A DNA stretch of 64,000 bases from Mobula birostris (taxonomy: Eukaryota). The stretch covers positions 100,828,699 to 100,892,698 of the forward strand of contig NC_092382.1 in the NCBI RefSeq assembly GCF_030028105.1, written 5' to 3'. A program made the translations under genes and the position numbers. Shown here piece by piece: positions 1 to 15,000 of this stretch (the stretch's first letter is position 1; the number at the start of each line of letters is the position of its first letter). Under the pieces are notes generated by a model, which saw only the letters and a program-made list of their open reading frames with translations, was not told the origin of the DNA and ran no database searches.

Positions 1-3000
1 CATCGTCTCCACATCCCCTCTATCTGTGTCCTCTGGTCCTAGACTCCCCCACCACAGGAAACATCCTCTCCGCATCCACTCTAACTGTGCCCTCTGATAC
101 CAGAATCCCCCACTACAGGAAACATCCTCTCCACATCCAATCTATCTGCGTCCTCTGGTCCTAGATTCCCGCCCTACAGGAAATATCCTCTCCAAATCCA
201 CTCTACCTGTGTCCTCTGGTCTTAGACTCCCCCCACTACAGTAAACATCCTCTCCGCATCCACTCTACCTTTGTCCTCTGGTCCGAGACTCCTCCACTAC
301 AGGAAACATCCTCTCCGCATCCACTCTATCTGAGTTTTCTGGTCCTAAACTCCCCCCAACTATAGGAAACATCCTCTCCACATCCACTCTATCTGTGTCC
401 TCTGGTCCTAGACTCCCCCCCACTATAGGAAACATCCTCTCCACATCCACTCTATCTGGGTCCTCTGGTCCTAGACTACCCACAATAGGAAACATCCTCT
501 CCACATCCACTCTATATGTGTCCTCTGGTCCTAGACTCCCCTCCACTACAGGAAGCAACCTCTCCACATCCACTCTATCTGTGTCCTCTTGTCCTAGATT
601 CCCGCACTACAGTAAACATCCTCTCCACATCCACTCCATCTGTGTCCTGTAGTCCTAGATTCCACCACTATAGGAACCATCCTCTCCAAATACATACTAA
701 CTGTGTCCTCTGGACCTAGCCTCCCCCACCATAGGAAACATCCTCTCCACATCTACTCTATCTGTGTCCTCTGGTCCCAGACTCCCCCACTACAAGAAAC
801 ATCCTCTCCACATCCAATCTATCTGTGTCCTCTGGTCCTAGACTTCCCCAACTACAGGAAACATCCTCCCCACATCCACTCTATCTGTGTCCAATGGACC
901 TAGACTCCCCCACTACAGGAAACATCCCCTCCACATCCACTCCATCTGTGTCCTCTGGTCCCAGACTCCCCTACTGCATGAAACATCCTCTCCACATCCA
1001 ATCTATCTGTGTCCTCTGGTCCTAGACTCCGCCAACTACAGGAAACATCCTCTCCACATCCACTCTATCTGTGTCCTCTGGTCCTAGACTCCCCCACCAT
1101 AGCAAATATCCTCTCCACGTCCTCTCTAACTGTGTCCTTTGGTCCTAGATTCCCCACTACAGTAAACATCCTCTCCACATCCACACCATCTGTGTCCTCT
1201 GGTCCTAGACTCCCCCACTACAGGAAACGTCGTCTCCACATCAACTCTATCTGTGTCCTCTGGTCCTAGACTCCCCCACTACTGGAAACATCGTCTCCAC
1301 ATCCCCTCTATCTGTGTCCTCTGTTCCTAGACTCCCCCACCACAGGAAACATCCCCTCTACATCCACTCTATCTGTGCCCTCTGGTCCTAGATTCCCCCA
1401 CTACATGAACCATGCTCTCCACATCCACTCTATCTGTGTCCTCTGGTCCTAGACTCCCCAACTACTGGAAAAATCGTCTCCACATCCCCTCTATCTGTGT
1501 TCTCTGGTCCTAGACTCCCCACTACAGGAAACATCCTCTCCGCATCCACTCTATCTGTGTCCGCTGGCCCTAGACTCCCCCACTACAGGAAACATCCCCT
1601 CTCATCCACTCTATCTGTGCCCTCTGATACAGAATCTGCCACTACAGGAAACATCATCTCCGCATCCTCTCTATCTGTGTCGTCTGGTCCGAGACTCCCC
1701 CAGTAGAGGAAACATCCTCTCCAAATCCACTCTACCTGTGTCCTCTGGTCTTAGACTCCCCCCACTACAGTAAACATCCTCTCCGCATCCACTCTATCTG
1801 TGTCCTCTGATACCAGACTCCCGCACTACAGGAAACATCCTCTCGGCATCCACTCTACCTTTGTCCTCTGGTCCGATACTCCCCCACTACAGGAAACATC
1901 CTCTCCACATCCACTCTATCTGAGTTTTCTGGTCCTAAACTCCCCCCAACTATAGGAAACATCCTCTCCACATCCACTCTATCTGTGTCCTCTGGTCCTA
2001 GACTCCCCCCCACTATAGGAAACGTCGTCTCCACATCCACTCTATCTGTGTCCTCTGGTCCTAGACTCCCCACTACAGGAAACATCCTCTCCGCATCCAC
2101 TCTATCTTTGCCCTCTGATTCCAGAATCCCCCACTACAGGAAACATCCTCTCCACATCCAATCTATCTGCGTCCTCTGGTCCTAGATTCCCCCACTACAG
2201 GAACCATCCTCTGCACATCCACTCTATCTGTGTCCGCTGGTCCTAGATCCCACCACTATAGGAACCATCCTCTCCAAATCCATACTAACTGTGTCCTCTG
2301 GACCTAGCCTCCCCCACCATAGGAAACATCCTCTCCACATCTACTCTATCTGTGTCCTCTGGTCCCAGACTCCCCCACTACAAGAAACATCCTCTCCACA
2401 TCCAATCTATCTGTGTCCTCTGGTCCTAGACTTCCCCGACTACTGGAAACATCCTCCCCACATCCACTCTATCTGTGTCCTCTGGACCTAGACTCCCCCA
2501 CTACAGGAAACATCCCCTCCACATCCACTCTATCTGTGTCCTCTGGTCCTAGACTCCCCCAGCATAGTAAACATCCTCTCCACGTCCTCTCTAACTGTGT
2601 CCTTTGGTCCTAGATTCCCCACTACAGTAAACATCCTCTCCACATCCACACCATCTGTGCCCTCTGGTCCCAGACTCCCCCACTACAGTAAACGTCGTCT
2701 CCACATCCACTCTATCTGTGTCCTCTGGTCCTAGACTCCCCCACCACAGGAAACATCCCCTCTACATCCACTCTATCTGTGCCCTCTGGTCCTAGATTCC
2801 CCCACTACATGAACCATGCTCTCCACATCCACTCTATCTGTGTCCTCTGGTCCTCGACTCCCCCCAGTACAGGAAACATCCTCTCCGCATCCACTCTATC
2901 TGTGCACTCTGATACCTGAATCCCCCACTACAGAAAACATCCTCTCCACATCCGATCTATCTGCGTCCTCTGGTCCGAGACTCCGCCGACTACAGGAAAC

Positions 3001-6000
3001 ATCCCCTCTACATCCACTCTAACTGTGTCCTCTGGTCCTAGATTCCCCCACTGCAGGAACCATCCTCTGCACATCCACTCTATCTGTGTCCGCTGGTCCT
3101 AGGCTCCCCCACTACAGGAAACATCCCCTCTCATCCACTCTACCTGTGCCCTCTGATACAGAATCCCCACTACAGGAAACATCCTCTCCGCATCTTCCCT
3201 ATCTGTGTCCTCTGGTCCGAGACTCCCCCAGTACAGGAAACATCCACTCCAAATCTACTCTACCTGTGTCCTCTGGTCTTAGACTCCCCCCACTACAGGA
3301 AACATCCTCTCCACATCCACTCTATCTGAGTTTTCTGGTCCTAAACTACGCCCAACTATAGGAAACATCCTCTCTACATCCACTCTATCTGTGTCCTCTG
3401 GTCCTAGACTCCCCCCCACTATAGGAAACATCCTCTCCACATCCACTCTATCTGTATCCTCTGGTCCTAGACTCCCCCACAATATGAAACATCCTCTCCA
3501 CATCCACTCTATCTGTGCCCTCTCGTCCTAGACTCCCCTCCACTACAGGAAACAACCTCTCCACATACACTATATCTGTGTCCTCTTGTCCTAGACTCCC
3601 GCACTACAGGAAACATCGTCTCCACATCCAATCTATCTGTATCCTCTGGTCCAAGACTCCCCCACCATAGGAAACATCCTCTCCACGTCCTCTCTAACAG
3701 TGTCCTTTGGTCCTAAACTCCCCACTACAGTAAACATCCTCTCCACATCCACTCCATCTGTGTCCTGTAGTCCTAGATTCCACCACTATAGGAACCATCC
3801 TCTCCAAATCCATACTAACTGTGTCCTCTGGTCCCAGCCTCCCCCACCATAGGAAACATCCTCTCCACATCTACTCTATCTGTGTCCTCTGGTCCCAGAC
3901 TCCCCCACTACAAGAAACATCCTCTCCACATCCAATCTATCTGTGTCCTCTGGTCCTAGACTTCCCCGACTACAGGAAAGATCCTCCCCACATCCACTCT
4001 ATCTGTGTCCTCTGGACCTAGACTCCCCCACTACAGGAAACATCCCCTCCACATCCACTCTATCTGTGTCCTCTGGTCCCAGACTCCCCCACTGCAGGAA
4101 ACATCCTCTCCACTTCCAATCTATCTGTGTCCTCTGGTCCTAGACTCCGCCGACTGCAGGAAACATCCTCTCCACATCCACTCTATCTGAGTGTTCTGGT
4201 GCTAAACTCCCCCACAATAGGAAACATCCTCTCCGCAACCACTCTATCTGTGCCCTCTGGTGGTAGACTCCCCTCCACTACAGGAAACATCCTCCTCACA
4301 TCTACTCTATCTGTGTCCTCTGGTCCCAGACTCCCCCACTACAAGAAACATCATCTCCACATTCAATCTATCTGCGTACTCTGGTCCTAGACTCCGCCGA
4401 CTACAGGAAACATCCACTCTACATCCACTCTATCTGTGTCCTCTGGTCCTAGATTCCCCCACTACAGGAACCATCCTCTGCACATCCACTCTATCCGTGT
4501 CCTCTGGTCCGAGACTCCTCCAGTACAGGAAACATCCTCTCCAAATCCACTCTACCTGTGTCCTCTGGTCTTAGACTCCCCCCACTACAGGAAACATCCT
4601 CTCGGCATCCACTCTACCTTTGTCCTCTGGTCCGAGACTCCCCCACTACAGGAAACATCCTCTCCACATCCACTCTATCTGAGTTTTCTGGTCCTAAACT
4701 CCCCCCAACTATAGGAAACATCCTCTCCACATCCACTCTATCTGTGTCCTCTGGTCCTAGACTCCCCCCCACTATAGGAAACATCCTTTCCACATCCACT
4801 CTATCTGTGTCCTCTAGTCCTAGACTTACCCATAATAGGAAACATCCTCTCCACATCCACTCTATCTGTGCCCTCTGGTCCTAGACTCCCCTCCACTACA
4901 GGAAACAAACTCTCCACATCCACTCTATCTGTGTCCTCTTGTCCTAGACTCCCGCACTACAGTAAACATCCTCTCCGCATCCACTCCATCTGTGTCCTGT
5001 AGTCCTAGATTCCACCACTATAGGAACCATCCTCTCCAAATCCATACTAACTGTGTCCTCTGGACCTAGCCTTCCCCACCATAGGAAACATCCTCTCCAC
5101 ATCTACTCTATCTGTGTCCTCTGGTCCCAGACTCCCCCACTACAAGAAACATCCTCTCCACATCCACTCTATCTGAGTTTTCTGGTCCTAAACTCCCCCC
5201 AACTATAGGAAACATCCTCTCCACGTCCACTCTATCTGTGTCCTCTGGTCCTAGACTCCCCCCCACTATAGGAAACATCCTTTCCACATCCACTCTATCT
5301 GTGTCCTCTAGTCCTAGACTTCCCCATAATAGGAAACATCCTCTCCACATCCACTCTATCTGTGCCCTCTGGTCCTAGACTCCCCTCCACTACAGGAAAC
5401 AAACTCTCCACATCCACTCTATCTGTGTCCTCTTGTCCTAGACTCCCACACTACAGTAAACATCCTCTCCGCATCCACTCCATCTGTGTCCTGTAGTCCT
5501 AGATTCCACCACTATAGGAACCATCCTCTCCAAATCCATACTAACTGTGTCCTCTGGACCTAGCCTTCCCCACCATAGGAAACATCCTCTCCACATCTAC
5601 TCTATCTGTGTCCTCTGGTCCCAGACTCCCCCACTACAAGAAACATCCTCTCCACATCCAATCTATCTGTGTCCTCTGGTCCTAGACTTCCCCGACTACA
5701 GGAAACATCCTCCCCACATCCACTCTATCTGTGTCCTCTGGACCTAGACTCCCCCACTACAGGAAACATCCCCTCCACATCCACTCTATCTGTGTCCTCT
5801 GGTCCCAGACTCCCGCACTACAGGAAACATCCTCTCCACAACCAATCTATCTGTGTCCTCTGGTCCTAGACTCCGCCGACAACAGGAAACATCCTCTCCA
5901 CATCCACTCTATCTATGTCCCCTGGTCCTAGACTCCCCCACCATAGGAAACATCCTCTCCACGTCCTCTCTAACTGTGTCCTTTGGTCCTCGAATCCCCA

Positions 6001-9000
6001 CTACAGTATACATCCTCTCCACATCCACACCATCTGTGTCTTCTGGTCCTAGACTCCCCCACTACAGGAAACGTCGTCTCCGCATCCACTCTATCTGTGT
6101 CCTCTGGTTCTAGACTCCCCACTACAGGAAACATCCTCTCCGCATCCACTCTATCTGAGTTTTCTGGTCCTAAACTCCCCCCAACTATAGGAAACATCCT
6201 CTCCACATCCACTCTATCTGTGTCCTCTGGTCCTAGACTCCCCCCCACTATAGGAAACATCCTCTCCACATCCACCCTATCTGTGTCCTCTGGTCCTAGA
6301 CTCCCCCACAATAGGAAACATCCTCTCCACATCCACTCTATATGTGTCCTCTGGTCCTAGACTCCCCTCCACTACAGGAAGCAACCTCTCCACATCCACT
6401 CTATCTGTGTCCTCTTGTCCTAGATTCCCGCACTACAGTAAACATCCTCTCCACATCCACTCCATCTGTGTCCTGTAGTCCTAGATTCCACCACTATAGG
6501 AACCATACTCTCCAAATACATACTAACTGTGTCCTCTGGACCTAGCCTCCCCCACCATAGGAAACATCCTCTCCACATCTACTCTATCTGTGTCCTCTGG
6601 TCCCAGACTCCCCCACTACAAGAAACATCCTCTCCACATCCAATCTATCTGTGTCCTCTGGTCCTAGACTTCCCCAACTACAGGAAACATCCTCCCCACA
6701 TCCACTCTATCTGTGTCTAATGGACCTAGACTCCCCCACTACAGGAAACATCCCCTCCACATCCACTCTATCTGTGTCCTCTGGTCCCAGACTCCCCTAC
6801 TGCATGAAACATCCTCTCCACATCCACTCTATCTGTGTCCTCTGGTCCTAGACTCCCCCACCATAGTAAATATCCTCTCCACGTCCTCTCTAACTGTGTC
6901 CTTTGGTCCTAGATTCCCCACTACAGTAAACATCCTCTCCACATCCACACCATCTGTGTCCTCTGGTCCTAGACTCCCCCACTACAGGAAACGTCGTCTC
7001 CACATCAACTCTATCTGTGTCCTCTGGTCCTAGACTCCCCCACTACTGGAAACATCGTCTCCACATCCCCTCTATCTGTGTTCTCTGGTCCTAGACTCCC
7101 CACTACAGGAAACATCCTCTCCGCATCCACTCTATCTGTGTCCGCTGGCCCTAGACTCCCCCACTACAGGAAACATCCCCTCTCATCCACTCTATCTGTG
7201 CCCTCTGATACAGAATCTCCCACTGCAGGAAACATCATCTCCGCATCCTCTCTATCTGTGTCGTCTGGTCCGAGACTCCTCCAGTAGAGGAAACATCCTC
7301 TCCAAATCCACTCTACCTGTGTCCTCTGGTCTTAGACTCCCCCCACTACAGTAAACATCCTCTCCGCATCCACTCTATCTGTGTCCTCTGATACCAGACT
7401 CCCGCACTACAGGAAACATCCTCTCGGCATCCACTCTACCTTTGTCCTCTGGTCCGATACTCCCCCACTACAGGAAACATCCTCTCCACATCCACTCTAT
7501 CTGAGTTTTCTGGTCCTAAACTCCCCCCAACTATAGGAAACATCCTCTCCACATCCACTCTATCTGTGTCCTCTGGTCCTAGACTCCCCCCCACTATAGG
7601 AAACGTCGTCTCCACATCCACTCTATCTGTGTCCTCTGGTCCTAGACTCCCCACTACAGGAAACATCCTCTCCGCATCCACTCTATCTTTGCCCTCTGAT
7701 TCCAGAATCCCCCACTACAGGAAACATCCTCTCCACATCCAATCTATCTGCGTCCTCTGGTCCTAGATTCCCCCACTACAGGAACCATCCTCTGCACATC
7801 CACTCTATCTGTGTCCGCTGGTCCTAGAACCCACCACTATAGGAACCATCCTCTCCAAATCCATACTAACTGTGTCCTCTGGACCTAGCCTCCCCCACCA
7901 TAGGAAACATCCTCTCCACATCTACTCTATCTGTGTCCTCTGGTCCCAGACTCCCCCACTACAAGAAACATCCTCTCCACATCCAATCTATCTGTGTCCT
8001 CTGGTCCTAGACTTCCCCGACTACTGGAAACATCCTCCCCACATCCACTCTATCTGTGTCCTCTGGACCTAGACTCCCCCACTACAGGAAACATCCCCTC
8101 CACATCCACTGTATCTGTGTCCTCTGGTCCTAGACTCCCCCACCATAGTAAACATCCTCTCCACGTCCTCTCTAACTGTGTCCTTTGGTCCTAGATTCCC
8201 CACTACAGTAAACATCCTCTCCACATCCACACCATCTGTGCCCTCTGGTCCTAGACTCCCCCACTACAGTAAACGTCGTCTCCACATCCACTCTATCTGT
8301 GTCCTCTGGTCCTAGACTCCCCCACCACAGGAAACATCCCCTCTACATCCACTCTATCTGTGCCCTCTGGTCCTAGATTCCCCCACTACATGAACCATGC
8401 TCTCCACATCCACTCTATCTGTGTCCTCTGGTCCTCGACTCCCCCCAGTACAGGAAACATCCTCTCCGCATCCACTCTATCTGTGCACTCTGATACCTGA
8501 ATCCCCCACTACAGAAAACATCCTCTCCACATCCGATCTATCTGCGTCCTCTGGTCCGAGACTCCGCCGACTACAGGAAACATCCCCTCTACATCCACTC
8601 TAACTGTGTCCTCTGGTCCTAGATTCCCCCACTGCAGGAACCATCCTCTGCACATCCACTCTATCTGTGTCCGCTGGTCCTAGGCTCCCCCACTACAGGA
8701 AACATCCCCTCTCATCCACTCTACCTGTGCCCTCTGATACAGAATCCCCACTACAGGAAACATCCTCTCCGCATCTTCCCTATCTGTGTCCTCTGGTCCG
8801 AGACTCCCCCAGTACAGGAAACATCCACTCCAAATCTACTCTACCTGTGTCCTCTGGTCTTAGACTCCCCCCACTACAGGAAACATCCTCTCCACATCCA
8901 CTCTATCTGAGTTTTCTGGTCCTAAACTACGCCCAACTATAGGAAACATCCTCTCTACATCCACTCTATCTGTGTCCTCTGGTCCTAGACTCCCCCCCAC

Positions 9001-12000
9001 TATAGGAAACATCCTCTCCACATCCACTCTATCTGTGTCCTCTGGTCCTAGACTCCCCCACAATATGAAACATCCTCTCCACATCCACTCTATCTGTGCC
9101 CTCTCGTCCTAGACTCCCCTCCACTACAGGAAACAACCTCTCCACATACACTCTATCTGTGTCCTCTTGTCCTAGACTCCCGCACTACAGGAAACATCGT
9201 CTCCACATCCAATCTATCTGTATCCTCTGGTCCAAGACTCCCCCACCATAGGAAACATCCTCTCCACGTCCTCTCTAACAGTGTCCTTTGGTCCTAAACT
9301 CCCCACTACAGTAAACATCCTCTCCACATCCACTCCATCTGTGTCCTGTAGTCCTAGATTCCACCACTATAGGAACCATCCTCTCCAAATCCATACTAAC
9401 TGTGTCCTCTGGTCCCAGCCTCCCCCACCATAGGAAACATCCTCTCCACATCTACTCTATCTGTGTCCTCTGGTCCCAGACTCCCCCACTACAAGAAACA
9501 TCCTCTCCACATCCAATCTATCTGTGTCCTCTGGTCCTAGACTTCCCCGACTACAGGAAAGATCCTCCCCACATCCACTCTATCTGTGTCCTCTGGACCT
9601 AGACTCCCCCACTACAGGAAACATCCCCTCCACATCCACTCTATCTGTGTCCTCTGGTCCCAGACTCCCCCACTGCAGGAAACATCCTCTCCACTTCCAA
9701 TCTATCTGTGTCCTCTGGTCCTAGACTCCGCCGACTGCAGGAAACATCCTCTCCACATCCACTCTATCTGAGTGTTCTGGTGCTAAACTCCCCCCAACTA
9801 TAGGAAACATCCTCTCCACATCCACTCTATCTGCGTGCTCTGGTCCTAGACTGCCCCCCACTATAGGAAACATCCTCTCCACATCCGCTCTATCTGTGTC
9901 CTCTGGTTCTAGACTCCCCCACAATAGGAAACATCCTCTCCGCAACCACTCTATCTGTGCCCTCTGGTCCTAGACTCCCCTCCACTACAGGGAACAACCT
10001 CTCCGCATCCACTCTATCTGTGTCCTCTGGTCCTAGCCTCCCCCACAATAGGAAACATCATCTCCACATCCACTCTATCTGTGCCCTCTGGTGGTAGACT
10101 CCCCTCCACTACAGGAAACATCCTCCCCACATCTACTCTATCTGTGTCCTCTGGTCCCAGACTCCCCCACTACAAGAAACATCATCTCCACATTCAATCT
10201 ATCTGCGTCCTCTGGTCCTAGACTCCGCCGACTACAGGAAACATCCACTCTACATCCACTCTATCTGTGTCCTCTGGTCCTAGATTCCCCCACTACAGGA
10301 ACCATCCTCTGCACATCCACTCTATCCGTGTCCTCTGGTCCGAGACTCCTCCAGTACAGGAAACATCCTCTCCAAATCCACTCTACCTGTGTCCTCTGGT
10401 CTTAGACTCCCCCCACTACAGGAAACATCCTCTCGGCATCCACTCTACCTTTGTCCTCTGGTCCGAGACTCCCCCACTACAGGAAACATCCTCTCCACAT
10501 CCACTCTATCTGAGTTTTCTGGTCCTAAACTCCCCCCAACTATAGGAAACATCCTCTCCACATCCACTCTATCTGTGTCCTCTGGTCCTAGACTCCCCCC
10601 CACTATAGGAAACATCCTTTCCACATCCACTCTATCTGCGTCCTCTAGTCCTAGACTTACCCATAATAGGAAACATCCTCTCCACATCCACTCTATCTGT
10701 GCCCTCTGGTCCTAGACTCCCCTCCACTACAGGAAACAAACTCTCCACATCCACTCTATCTGTGTCCTCTTGTCCTAGACTCCCGCACTACAGTAAACAT
10801 CCTCTCCGCATCCACTCCATCTGTGTCCTGTAGTCCTAGATTCCACCACTATAGGAACCATCCTCTCCAAATCCATACTAACTGTGTCCTCTGGACCTAG
10901 CCTTCCCCACCATAGGAAACATCCTCTCCACATCTACTCTATCTGTGTCCTCTGGTCCCAGACTCCCCCACTACAAGAAACATCCTCTCCACATCCACTC
11001 TATCTGAGTTTTCTGGTCCTAAACTCCCCCCAACTATAGGAAACATCCTCTCCACATCCACTCTATCTGTGTCCTCTGGTCCTAGACTCCCCCCCACTAT
11101 AGGAAACATCCTTTCCACATCCACTCTATCTGTGTCCTCTAGTCCTAGACTTCCCCATAATAGGAAACATCCTCTCCACATCCACTCTATCTGTGCCCTC
11201 TTGTCCTAGACTCCCCTCCACTACAGGAAACAAACTCTCCACATCCACTCTATCTGTGTCCTCTGGTCCTAGACTTCCCCGACTACTGGAAACATCCTCC
11301 CCACATCCACTCTATCTGTGTCCTCTGGACCTAGACTCCCCCACTACAGGAAACATCCCCTCCACATCCACTGTATCTGTGTCCTCTGGTCCTAGACTCC
11401 CCCACCATAGTAAACATCCTCTCCACGTCCTCTCTAACTGTGTCCTTTGGTCCTAGATTCCCCACTACAGTAAACATCCTCTCCACATCCACACCATCTG
11501 TGCCCTCTGGTCCTAGACTCCCCCACTACAGGAAACGTCGTCTCCACATCCACTCTATCTGTGTCCTCTGGTCCTAGACTCCCCCACCACAGGAAACATC
11601 CCCTCTACATCCACTCTATCTGTGCCCTCTGGTCCTAGATTCCCCCACTACATGAACCATGCTCTCCACATCCACTCTATCTGTGTCCTCTGGTCCCAGA
11701 CTCCCGCACTACAGGAAACATCCTCTCCACAACCAATCTATCTGTGTCCTCTGGTCCTAGACTCCGCCGACAACAGGAAACATCCTCTCCACATCCACTC
11801 TATCTATGTCCCCTGGTCCTAGACTCCCCCACCATAGGAAACATCCTCTCCACGTCCTCTCTAACTGTGTCCTTTGGTCCTCGAATCCCCACTACAGTAT
11901 ACATCCTCTCCACATCCACACCATCTGTGTCTTCTGGTCCTAGACTCCCCCACTACAGGAAACGTCGTCTCCGCATCCACTCTATCTGTGTCCTCTGGTT

Positions 12001-15000
12001 CTAGACTCCCCACTACAGGAAACATCCTCTCCGCATCCACTCTATCTGAGTTTTCTGGTCCTAAACTCCCCCCAACTATAGGAAACATCCTCTCCACATC
12101 CACTCTATCTGTGTCCTCTGGTCCTAGACTCCCCCCCACTATAGGAAACATCCTCTCCACATCCACTCTATCTGTGTCCTCTGGTCCTAGACTCCCCCAC
12201 AATAGGAAACATCCTCTCCACATCCACTCTATATGTGTCCTCTGGTCCTAGACTCCCCTACACTACAGGAAGCAACCTCTCCACATCCACTCTATCTGTG
12301 TCCTCTTGTCCTAGATTCCCGCACTACAGTAAACATCCTCTCCACATCCACTCCATCTGTGTCCTGTAGTCCTAGATTCCACCACTATAGGAACCATCCT
12401 CTCCAACTACATACTAACTGTGTCCTCTGGACCTAGCCTCCCCCACCATAGGAAACATCCTCTCCACATCTACTCTATCTGTGTCCTCTGGTCCCAGACT
12501 CCCCCACTACAAGAAACATCCTCTCCACATCCAATCTATCTGTGTCGTCTGGTCCTAGACTTCCCCAACTACAGGAAACATCCTCCCCACATCCACTCTA
12601 TCTGTGTCTAATGGACCTAGACTCCCCCACTACAGGAAACATCCCCTCCACATCCACTCTATCTGTGTCCTCTGGTCCCAGACTCCCCTACTGCATGAAA
12701 CATCCTCTCCACATCCACTCTATCTGTGTCCTCTGGTCCTAGACTCCCCCACCATAGTAAATATCCTCTCCACGTCCTCTCTAACTGTGTCCTTTGGTCC
12801 TAGATTCCCCACTACAGTAAACATCCTCTCCACATCCACACCATCTGTGTCCTCTGGTCCTAGACTCCCCCACTACAGGAAACGTCGTCTCCACATCAAC
12901 TCTATCTGTGTCCTCTGGTCCTAGACTCCCCCACTACTGGAAACATCGTCTCCACATCCCCTCTATCTGTGTTCTCTGGTCCTAGACTCCCCACTACAGG
13001 AAACATCCTCTCCGCATCCACTCTATCTGTGTCCGCTGGCCCTAGACTCCCCCACTACAGGAAACATCCCCTCTCATCCACTCTATCTGTGCCCTCTGAT
13101 ACAGAATCTCCCACTACAGGAAACATCATCTCCGCATCCTCTCTATCTGTGTCGTCTGGTCCGAGACTCCTCCAGTAGAGGAAACATCCTCTCCAAATCC
13201 ACTCTACCTGTGTCCTCTGGTCTTAGACTCCCCCCACTACAGTAAACATCCTCTCCGCATCCACTCTATCTGTGTCCTCTGATACCAGACTCCCGCACTA
13301 CAGGAAACATCCTCTCGGCATCCACTCTACCTTTGTCCTCTGGTCCGATACTCCCCCACTACAGGAAACATCCTCTCCACATCCACTCTATCTGAGTTTT
13401 CTGGTCCTAAACTCCCCCCAACTATAGGAAACATCCTCTCCACATCCACTCTATCTGTGTCCTCTGGTCCTAGACTCCCCCCCACTATAGGAAACGTCGT
13501 CTCCACATCCACTCTATCTGTGTCCTCTGGTCCTAGACTCCCCACTACAGGAAACATCCTCTCCGCATCCACTCTATCTTTGCCCTCTGATTCCAGAATC
13601 CCCCACTACAGGAAACATCCTCTCCACATCCAATCTATCTGCGTCCTCTGGTCCTAGATTCCCCCACTACAGGAACCATCCTCTGCACATCCACTCTATC
13701 TGTGTCCGCTGGTCCTAGATCCCACCACTATAGGAACCATCCTCTCCAAATCCATACTAACTGTGTCCTCTGGACCTAGCCTCCCCCACCATAGGAAACA
13801 TCCTCTCCACATCTACTCTATCTGTGTCCCCTGGTCCCAGACTCCCCCACTACAAGAAACATCCTCTCCACATCCAATCTATCTGTGTCCTCTGGTCCTA
13901 GACTTCCCCGACTACTGGAAACATCCTCCCCACATCCACTCTATCTGTGTCCTCTGGACCTAGACTCCCCCACTACAGGAAACATCCCCTCCACATCCAC
14001 TCTATCTGTGTCCTCTGGTCCTAGACTCCCCCACCATAGTAAACATCCTCTCCACGTCCTCTCTAACTGTGTCCTTTGGTCCTAGATTCCCCACTACAGT
14101 AAACATCCTCTCCACATCCACACCATCTGTGCCCTCTGGTCCTAGACTCCCCCACTACAGGAAACGTCGTCTCCACATCCACTCTATCTGTGTCCTCTGG
14201 TCCTAGACTCCCCCACCACAGGAAACATCCCCTCTACATCCACTCTATCTGTGCCCTCTGGTCCTAGATTCCCCCACTACATGAACCATGCTCTCCACAT
14301 CCACTCTATCTGTGTCCTCTGGTCCTCGACTCCCCCCAGTACAGGAAACATCCCCTCTCATCCACTCTACCTGTGCCCTCTGATACAGAATCCCCCAGTA
14401 CAGGAAATATCCACTCCAAATCCACTCTACCTGTGTCCTCTGGTCTTAGACTCCCCCCACTACAGGAAACATCCTCTCCGCATCCACTCTATCTGTGCCC
14501 TCTGATACCAGACTCCCGCACTACAGGAAACATCCTCTCGGCATCCACTCTATCTGTGTCTCTGGTCCTAGACTCCCCCACTACAGGAAACATCCTCTCC
14601 ACATCCACTCTATCTGAGTTTTCTGGTCCAAAACTACGCCCAACTATAGGAAACATCCTCTCTACATCCACTCTATCTGTGTCCTCTGGTCCTAGACTCA
14701 CCCCACTATAGGAAACATCCTCTCCACATCCAATCTATCTGTATCCTCTGGTCCAAGACTCCCCCACCATAGGAAACATCCTCTCCACGTCCTCTCTAAC
14801 AGTGTCCTTTGGTCCTAAACTCCCCACTACAGTAAACATCCTCTCCACATCCACTCCATCTGTGTCCTGTAGTCCTAGATTCCACCACTATAGGAACCAT
14901 CCTCTCCAAATCCATACTAACTGTGTCCTCTGGTCCCAGCCTCCCCCACCATAGGAAACATCCTCTCCACATCTACTCTATCTGTGTCCTCTGGTCCCAG